A stretch of 64,000 bases of DNA from a virus. Position numbers and translations under genes: made by a program. Under the pieces are notes generated by a model. That model was not told the origin of the DNA, made no database searches, and was given only the letters and a program-made list of their open reading frames with translations. Position 1 is the first letter of the stretch, and each line of letters starts with the position of its first letter. Where the stretch lies: IMG/VR virus record IMGVR_UViG_3300017829_000024, positions 1,157 to 65,156 of that record, one strand, 5' to 3'. Positions 58,099 to 64,000 of this stretch are shown one piece after another.

Positions 58099-58575
58099 AT
58101 GACTGGACGCATGGAGCTGCATCCCGAATTCCTTTTTCAGCACGCTCAGGTAGCCTCCGGCGCCTCAAATGCTGGAGATGGGCTCATAATCGGAACGTTC
58201 GAACGCAATGGCGAGGGGACTCGCCCGGTGAACGAGGACTTTCCGAATCCCGCTGAGGGCACAGCAGGTGTTCGTTCGGAGAAGCTGACGACGCTTGAGG
58301 ACGATGAGGTCGCAAACCACAACATCGGCGCGATTCTCTTCGTTATGACGACCCCTGCGGGCGTCACCGGGACCTTGAGTCTTGACGAAAGCACCGACGG
58401 CAACACTTGGACCCAGGTGCCTGAGTCCCGGGCCAAGCGCATTGCGCTAGCGGCGAATGAAACCAAGTGGGGCAGCATCTTGGCGCGCAATACGCAGCGT
58501 CACTTGCGCCTCGTGTTCGACGGAAGCGCTGCCACTGCGGTTCGTGGTGCAGCCTTTGCGACGCGGGAGGGATAA
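58099..58575 (+). CDS. Capsid-associated/decoration protein candidate
   Basis: RBS AGGAGG; directly after MCP; beta-rich. Confidence 0.55.
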   Translation: MTGRMELHPEFLFQHAQVASGASNAGDGLIIGTFERNGEGTRPVNEDFPNPAEGTAGVRSEKLTTLEDDEVANHNIGAILFVMTTPAGVTGTLSLDESTDGNTWTQVPESRAKRIALAANETKWGSILARNTQRHLRLVFDGSAATAVRGAAFATREG

Positions 58576-58578
58576 GGC

Positions 58579-58779
58579 ATGCCTTCACGAGACAGAATGG
58601 TCGTTGAGCTTCTTTGCTATATGAATGGCGCAAACCCCGGGGAGCGCGTCATCCTGAGCAAGAAGGAGGCAAAGGACATGATCGAAAAGGGTCATGCCCG
58701 CGCGCCTTCAGGGCCCCCTCAACCCGACCCCACGAAGGAAGACCACGAGACCGAGAACCCGAACCCGCCCGCAGGCTAG
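58579..58779 (+). CDS. Small head-associated protein
   Basis: Position; V.LL......PGE.V.L...EA..MI.KG.A pattern. Confidence 0.55.
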   Translation: MPSRDRMVVELLCYMNGANPGERVILSKKEAKDMIEKGHARAPSGPPQPDPTKEDHETENPNPPAG

Positions 58780-58789
58780 GAGATGACGT

Positions 58790-59470
58790 GTGGTTTTGCG
58801 CTCAAGTGCCCTTACGACGGTCGAGGCCGTCAAGGCGGACCAGGGTTCGGCCTCCGGGCTTGAAGCGCGCACGCGTCAGGACAATGTCGACAGCCGACTC
58901 GAACGCCTGATCGAAGCAAGCTCCGAAGAGATTCGGAACTATTGCAATCGAAACTTCGAACACGTCGAAGACCATCAGGAGTTCGTTTCCTCGTCTGGAA
59001 ATCGCTATATCCGGTTGATGCATGCTCCGATCGAATCGGTCGACAAGATCGAGTGGGTCGATCGATCGACGGGCGATGTCATCCAAGAGATCGAGCGATG
59101 GGGCATCGAAGACGCCGAGGCTGGGCTGATCTATCGGCCCGAGCTCTTTCCGTTTTACGTCGGAGCGCAAGGCTTTGACCTCTTGGTCTCGGATCGCATC
59201 AATGCTCGCCTTCGTGTGACCTACACGGGCGGATTCGTGACACCGACACAGGCCGCGGTCATGACAGACCCGCCCGATCGCACGCTTCCCTTCGCTGTTG
59301 AGGAGGTCTGCGTTCGTGAGGTCATTACGCGCTTTTGGGGTCGAAACCGAAACCGCGAGATCGAGACCTCAACGAGCAACAATGCGACTTCGGTTTATCG
59401 GGAACGGCGCGGCCTTCTTCCAAGCTCCCAGGGCGCGCTTCAGCCCTTCTGGTTGGGCCTTCCGTCATGA
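58790..59470 (+). CDS. Head-tail connector/adaptor
   Basis: LTTVEAVK, RLIEASSEEIRNYCNR, VTYTGG, LP.AVEE.C. Confidence 0.85.
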   Translation: MVLRSSALTTVEAVKADQGSASGLEARTRQDNVDSRLERLIEASSEEIRNYCNRNFEHVEDHQEFVSSSGNRYIRLMHAPIESVDKIEWVDRSTGDVIQEIERWGIEDAEAGLIYRPELFPFYVGAQGFDLLVSDRINARLRVTYTGGFVTPTQAAVMTDPPDRTLPFAVEEVCVREVITRFWGRNRNREIETSTSNNATSVYRERRGLLPSSQGALQPFWLGLPS

Positions 59471-60333
59471 CGGATGTCCCCGCCATCTTCGTCAATGATC
59501 TGGGTCGATCCCAGATACGACGCACCATCTTTCAGGCGCTGCTTCGCATTCAGCCGGAGAATCGCCCGGACAATTCGAACCGAAACTTTGGGACCGCCGT
59601 TCAGCTCGTGACCGATGCCTGGGTGACCCCCGAAGAAGTCACGGATCTACCAGCGGTTCAGCTCAGGTTCAGCCGAACAAATTACCATAGCCGTCAAAGC
59701 GAAACACTGAACGCGCAACTCTTCTTTCAACTTCGCTGCATTGTGGGCCTGGATGACTGGACGGACGAATCGCTTTTGGGCGCTCGCCTGGACCTTCTGA
59801 TGGATGACGTCATCGCCGCGATGTACTCGAACTATCGCGCGGCCGGCTTCGCCTATGAGGTGTCCTTGCTCGAGGACTTCGAAGAAGAGCCGATCGAAGG
59901 CGGCAAGCGATCGGCGGTCATGCATTGGCAGATGCATTACACCCGGTCGTACGGCCTTGATGCGCGCGAGGGTGGCGACGATCCGATCCCTGATCCGTCG
60001 GACAGCTTCCGATGCGCACTGGCCTCGCCTGTGGCCTCGGCCCAGGTGACCGGCGAGCAGGTGATCGCCATGTGGGCGCTTTCCGAGCTCGGGCTCGACC
60101 GCGCGGAGCTCTTCATCAACGACATTCGGGTCAAAGAGTGGCCGCCCAATGATGCCCCGAACTCGGCGCAGCCTCCGCTTCCTGTGGGCCCCAGAAGCAA
60201 CCCCTCCCGTACGAACTTCCGCTACGTGTGGGACACGTCCACTTCGGCCTTGGGCAACGCTCGGCTTCGATTCGTGGCTTTCGAGCCCAATGGGGCGATG
60301 TGCGACGCCTCGGTCACGGTGGAGGTGACCTGA
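59467..60333 (+). CDS. Tail terminator/completion protein fused to C-terminal Ig-like domain
   Basis: DLPAVQL, LDLLMDDVIAA; C-terminal FRC...RAELFIND..VKEWPP...YVWDTS...FVAF...MC. Confidence 0.7.
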   Translation: MTDVPAIFVNDLGRSQIRRTIFQALLRIQPENRPDNSNRNFGTAVQLVTDAWVTPEEVTDLPAVQLRFSRTNYHSRQSETLNAQLFFQLRCIVGLDDWTDESLLGARLDLLMDDVIAAMYSNYRAAGFAYEVSLLEDFEEEPIEGGKRSAVMHWQMHYTRSYGLDAREGGDDPIPDPSDSFRCALASPVASAQVTGEQVIAMWALSELGLDRAELFINDIRVKEWPPNDAPNSAQPPLPVGPRSNPSRTNFRYVWDTSTSALGNARLRFVAFEPNGAMCDASVTVEVT

Positions 60334-60896
60334 TGCCCGTTCAGCTCCGACTTCGCGATCGCGGTCTCAAGGGCGCCGAAGCCTGGGTGAACAACATCCG
60401 GCTCGGCCTTCGCCGCGGCCTGTCGGATCGGTCCATACGTCGCGCCGCGACCCGGGCCGGTGATATCATGCTCGAAGAGATCGAGCGGTCTTCGAACCAG
60501 CGGTTCGAACGCCCCACGGGCCGGCTCGCCGGCTCTTTTCGGGTCCGCATTGAACGCAGCGGGCGGTCCCTGTTCAACACACGCGTGTTCAGCAGGCTGC
60601 CCTATGCCGGGATCCAGGAGCGCGGCGGACTGATTGTTCCGAGGACCTCTCGCTATCTCACGGTTCCGTTGAATCAGCCGGCACGCAACAGACGTGCTCG
60701 CGACATTCAAGGACTCCACCGCCGGGGGCGGGCGCTCTTCCTTCGCAATACCGCGATGTACGCGCTCGTGAGGAGCGTCCGTATCCCGGCCACCTTCTAC
60801 TTTTCGGAGGCCATTCGGGCCGCCCGGCCAAAGCTTCGAGAAGCGCTTCGCGTGAGCGTTCTGAGGATGGTGCGCGAAGCGCGCCGGAGAGGATAG
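60333..60896 (+). CDS. Neck/virion morphogenesis protein (HK97 gp10/Mu gpG-like)
   Basis: Arg-rich; TGRLAGS, PYAGIQERGG, IPATFYF. Confidence 0.75.
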   Translation: MPVQLRLRDRGLKGAEAWVNNIRLGLRRGLSDRSIRRAATRAGDIMLEEIERSSNQRFERPTGRLAGSFRVRIERSGRSLFNTRVFSRLPYAGIQERGGLIVPRTSRYLTVPLNQPARNRRARDIQGLHRRGRALFLRNTAMYALVRSVRIPATFYFSEAIRAARPKLREALRVSVLRMVREARRRG

Positions 60897-60898
60897 CC

Positions 60899-62269
60899 AT
60901 GGGACTCGTTCAGCCGCATGCCCTACAGCGAACCGTTCGATCGCTCGCCCAATTGCTCGACTTCGAGACAATGGGTGGCGATGCCATCACTGAGATCGCC
61001 GAGCGGGCCGCCTATTTTGGCAATCCGGAGCATGCTGACTTTGAGGCCGTAAACGCATTTCGGGTGCTCGAAGGATACACGGTGGATGCCGCCCAGGCGC
61101 GCGAGCCGCGCATTGATGCTCGGCAGATGCGCGGTCATCGCCAGCGCTTGCCCCGTCGAACTCAGACCACGGCGAACTTCACCACATACATTGACCTTCC
61201 GACGGCCGGAAACTTCGTGCCCGAGCAAGATCTTCTGCTTCGCGCGGCGCTCGGAAACAATGTCACCAGCGCTTCCGGCGGCACCTCTTATGCGGTCGCC
61301 GAAATCCCGCCCGCGCTCAACCTGCTTTTCGAGACCGCGAACATCATGGGCGATGGGGTGTTCGGATGGGGCTGCGATCAGCTCACCATCAACATCCCCA
61401 GCACCGAAGAGCCCACGTTTGAATTCTCGGGCCCGGCCAAGCTGAACACGAGCTCGGCACGCGTTCGAGGAACTATTGCCGAAGCCGTCTTTTCGGTCAC
61501 TGGCCCCGCTATTCGCGCATTCGGTCTCGAGGTCGGCGCTCTTGTCGACGGGTTCAATGCTGCAGGCACGCGGATCGGATCGCCCACCCGCGTCGTTTCT
61601 CGAAGCCTTGGCAACGGCGCAGACGGCGCCGGTCGCATCACGCTCGCGGCAACGATTGCTGGAGCGGTCGAGCTTGCGCCTTCGATTGAGGGCTACAGCG
61701 AAGCCCCTGGGGCTGCGAACGCGTTTCCTGGCACCAGCCGCCCCGCCTACACGGCGCAGGCCTTCATGTGGATGGTCCCGAATCCTCCTGCAAGCGCAGC
61801 GACCGGGCTCATCACGGCGCCCACGCTTGCCGGCAACAACACGGCGAATCGGTTTGAGTTTCAAGAGGCCAGCATCACCATCAACAACAATCTGATGCTG
61901 AAGGAGCCGGCCTCGGAGCCCACGTTGACCGACTTCTGCCCGGACTATCGAGATGTGGGGGGCAGCTTCACCTTTTTCGCCGGACAGCAAGAGCTCTTGC
62001 ACAAAGTCATCAACAAGACCTTCAACCGCGAACCCGGGTTCGAAGAGGTGACGTTCTTTGTGAGACTTCGGCTCGGCGGCGCTATCGTGGGCGATCCCCA
62101 GCTCGTGATCGACATGCCGCGCGTGCAGTTCGATCGAGGCGCACTCGAGCTTGCGGCCGGCGCGCTTGGATCCTTCACGTTGCCATACATGGCGCTTTCG
62201 CAGCCCGCATTGAATGCGGCCGACAACGAAATCGGCCTGGCTTACGGCGCGCGGCCGGCGGACGCATAG
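60899..62269 (+). CDS. Major tail tube protein
   Basis: Position and tube pattern (ASITINNNL, RDVGGSFTF, LVIDMPRVQF). Confidence 0.8.
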   Translation: MGLVQPHALQRTVRSLAQLLDFETMGGDAITEIAERAAYFGNPEHADFEAVNAFRVLEGYTVDAAQAREPRIDARQMRGHRQRLPRRTQTTANFTTYIDLPTAGNFVPEQDLLLRAALGNNVTSASGGTSYAVAEIPPALNLLFETANIMGDGVFGWGCDQLTINIPSTEEPTFEFSGPAKLNTSSARVRGTIAEAVFSVTGPAIRAFGLEVGALVDGFNAAGTRIGSPTRVVSRSLGNGADGAGRITLAATIAGAVELAPSIEGYSEAPGAANAFPGTSRPAYTAQAFMWMVPNPPASAATGLITAPTLAGNNTANRFEFQEASITINNNLMLKEPASEPTLTDFCPDYRDVGGSFTFFAGQQELLHKVINKTFNREPGFEEVTFFVRLRLGGAIVGDPQLVIDMPRVQFDRGALELAAGALGSFTLPYMALSQPALNAADNEIGLAYGARPADA

Positions 62270-62280
62270 GAGCCCTTCAG

Positions 62281-62886
62281 GTGTCTCTTCTATTTCAGCG
62301 CGCACACCGATCGATGATCGGCGGTCACCATATGCTGGGTGCCCTTCAGATCACGAAAAATGTTGGATTCATGTCGCCCACCACCGAGGCGATCAACACA
62401 AGAGAGGGGCTAAGGACGGCGAGAGGGGCCGGGAACAATCTCGGATATGACCCATTGGATTTTGGCTTCTGGGTTGAAGAGCCAGGCCTGATTGCGCCGA
62501 CCGAGCTCATAGAGCAAGAAGTCATATATCCGCCCCCAAGGGGGCTATTCGTCGCGATTGCCTCAAGCACATCCGGCGTCGTAGAGGGTCGAGATCAGTA
62601 TGTCGACATGACGCTCTATCAAGCGGATGATGTATCAGACAGTTCTTCATTCGAGAGGATGCCTGGGGTTCCATGGAGAAGATTTACGAGACCCGCAGAT
62701 CTTGGCGCACGTGCTGAGGGGCTTTGGGCTTGCGTTTTCGACCTCAGCGGATCGACGAAGGAGTATGGAGTCGTCGCGCTTCGAACCAGCCTGATCCCGA
62801 CCGCCGAAGAGATCAGAACAGGCGCCGTTGTTCCCGACCCGTCGCAATTCCTTGCATTTGGCGGCTTTTACTTCTTTACGGCGTGA
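62281..62886 (+). CDS. Hypothetical, probably virion-associated protein
   Basis: Follows tail tube; start uncertain. Confidence 0.55.
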   Translation: MSLLFQRAHRSMIGGHHMLGALQITKNVGFMSPTTEAINTREGLRTARGAGNNLGYDPLDFGFWVEEPGLIAPTELIEQEVIYPPPRGLFVAIASSTSGVVEGRDQYVDMTLYQADDVSDSSSFERMPGVPWRRFTRPADLGARAEGLWACVFDLSGSTKEYGVVALRTSLIPTAEEIRTGAVVPDPSQFLAFGGFYFFTA

Positions 62887-62888
62887 CG

Positions 62889-63149
62889 ATGAACGACGAA
62901 ACACGTGCTCAGGTCCGGCGCGCCGCGGCCCGCGGCATGGATCGCGATTGGATCGCTCGCATCTGTGCGGTCTCGAGAGAGGACGTAGACGCCGAGCTCG
63001 GCGACTTCCCCGTTCAGTGCGTCCATAGTTGGGAGGTGCTCGAGCACACCCGGCGATGCACAAAGTGCGGCTTCGCAGAGCCTACGGGCGACATGGTGCA
63101 GCGCATTCGCCGCGAGGACATGCCGACGAAGAAGCGGGGCATGGTATAG
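62889..63149 (+). CDS. HTH plus Zn-ribbon small protein
   Basis: GMDRDWIARICAVS; C.H.W....RCTKCG. Confidence 0.6.
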   Translation: MNDETRAQVRRAAARGMDRDWIARICAVSREDVDAELGDFPVQCVHSWEVLEHTRRCTKCGFAEPTGDMVQRIRREDMPTKKRGMV

Positions 63150-63154
63150 CTTCA

Positions 63155-63220
63155 GGGCGCACGAGACGGCCCTTGAGCTCTATAGGTCCCCCGGGGAGGG
63201 GACGGATCGTGCGCCCGCCA
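63155..63220 (+). ncRNA. tRNA-like small RNA ending in CCA
   Basis: 10-bp terminal stem GGGCGCACGA/TCGTGCGCCC followed by GCCA; inner GTCCCC/GGGGAC hairpin; no canonical anticodon or T loop. Confidence 0.35.
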
Positions 63221-63317
63221 AGTGTACTTTGCACATCCTGAAAGCCGGGGAGGTGTCGGGTGAGAGACCCGGCGGCGGTCTTTGATGTGACGTCGCGTCC
63301 GAGTCGGTACGCAGATT

Positions 63318-63391
63318 TGGTGCAAGCCGGATTTGAACCGGCAACCCATCGGTTAACAGCCGATTGCTCTACCAAAGTGAGCTATTGCGTG
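63318..63391 (-). tRNA. tRNA-Asn(GTT) with defective or short acceptor stem
   Basis: ATCGG-CTGTTAA-CCGAT anticodon arm, GCTC/GAGC D arm, TTCAAAT T loop; only 4 acceptor pairs. Confidence 0.75.
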
Positions 63392-63419
63392 TAGGCGCAT
63401 CCTTGGAGGATGCGACGTC

Positions 63420-63491
63420 TAGCACAGGAGGGACTCGAACCCCCGACCTTCAGATTATGAGACTGAAAAGCTGCCGCTGCTCCACTGTGCT
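63420..63491 (-). tRNA. tRNA(CAT), initiator-Met-like body; CCA not encoded
   Basis: Acceptor AGCACAG/CTGTGCT, loop CTCATAA, T loop TTCGAGT, D arm GGAGCAGCGGCAGCT. Confidence 0.85.
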
Positions 63492-63528
63492 ATGCGCTCG
63501 AAACGAGTTGTGCAGCATGAATTGCAAA

Positions 63529-63606
63529 CCGCGCTCTAACCATCTGAGCTACACCCCGACACCGGGGTGACAGGATTCGAACCTGCGACCTCGGGCTCCC
63601 AAAGCC
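63529..63606 (-). tRNA. tRNA-Pro(TGG) halves in permuted order (3' half precedes 5' half)
   Basis: 3' half 63605-63562, 5' half 63558-63529; joining gives a full cloverleaf with a perfect CGGGC/GCCCG anticodon stem. Confidence 0.6.
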
Positions 63607-63855
63607 AATGCGTGTAAGCTGCACACGGGGTCTCAAGCGCGGCGAGCCTACCTTGATCTTCGCCGCGATGCATGCACGATTCGGCATGCGTCCTGTGCGC
63701 GCCCGGTCTGGATGTGCCTCAACGCTGTCGCATGCATGACGATACGCCGCTCCCCCCAGGCTAGACCGGGACTCTGCGCTCATGGAGGGGGTTCCGCAGC
63801 ATGCCGGCGCGGGCACGCGTCGTGAGGAGGCCTGTCAGAAGGTCGCCACAGTGCG

Positions 63856-64000
63856 TCAGATCGGAAGAAGAGGCTGCACACAAAGCGATGCTATCTCATC
63901 TTCAATCCGCTCGAGCTCGGCTTCAGCAAGCTTGACTGCCTCTTCGGCGAGCTCGAGGTCGGCATCAAGCGCGGCCTGCTCGAGCGCAATGTCTCGAGTC
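63856..64000 (-). CDS. Partial coiled-coil protein (5' end outside window)
   Basis: Reads TRDIALEQAALDADLELAEEAVKLAEAELERIEDE... to TGA at 63858-63856. Confidence 0.6.
   Translation of the reverse strand, partial: TRDIALEQAALDADLELAEEAVKLAEAELERIEDEIASLCVQPLLPI

Larger units (their letters stand above)
1..64000. mobile_element. Tailed dsDNA bacteriophage genome segment (siphovirus-like), probable Myxococcota host
   Basis: Terminase, portal, prohead protease, HK97 capsid, tail tube, tape measure, Bet, primase-helicase and tRNAs; no host housekeeping genes; dense ORFs with ATGA/TGATG overlaps. Confidence 0.95.

Noticed and set aside
63500-63558. Independent tRNA-Ala or tRNA-Cys starting at 63558
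   Set aside because: After the D arm there is no anticodon stem, T arm or matching 3' acceptor strand downstream
63517-63617. Canonical bulge-helix-bulge splice motif at the permuted tRNA junctions
   Set aside because: Best fit gave only 3 of 4 central pairs and no adjacent helix, so archaeal-type splicing is not supported
1-64000. Integrated prophage boundaries or att sites
   Set aside because: No integrase or host genes in the window; lifestyle cannot be determined

Overview
The whole window is part of a high-GC tailed dsDNA phage genome with an HK97-type head and a long non-contractile-type tail. The host is probably a myxobacterium (Myxococcota), inferred from a Myxococcus-like type IV pilin and DAG-motif lipoproteins. 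Structural genes are unusually scattered: tail chaperones, tape measure and a 2,570-aa Ig-repeat tail protein at 7.7-21.5 kb; lysis genes at 25-26, 33 and 43 kb; terminase at 34-36 kb on the minus strand; fibres, portal, capsid, neck and tube at 50-62 kb. No integrase or DNA polymerase is visible in the window. The standout is at 1.1-2.85 kb: a small Cas7/RAMP-like gene, an accessory gene, and an array of 84 pentamers, almost all GGY-NN, grouped into 7 units. It resembles, from memory, the recently reported VIPR RNA-guided systems. Reading the NN dinucleotides as codon positions 1-2 with the wobble base skipped, three units spell conserved helicase/NTPase motifs: DnaB R-[DE]-S-G-A-I-E-Q-D-A, a Walker A P-S-G-S-G-K-T-V, and SF2 motif V V-N-V-D-V-L-T-T-G-F-D-C. 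The phage's own SF2 helicase differs from that last guide at 5 of 12 core dinucleotides. Other highlights: an apparently circularly permuted tRNA-Pro gene, a phage-encoded type IV pilin, a secreted HNH-type toxin domain, a -1 frameshift in the tail chaperone, an iteron-rich origin and two families of repeated regulatory sites. All product calls come from motif recognition by eye; no database search was run.
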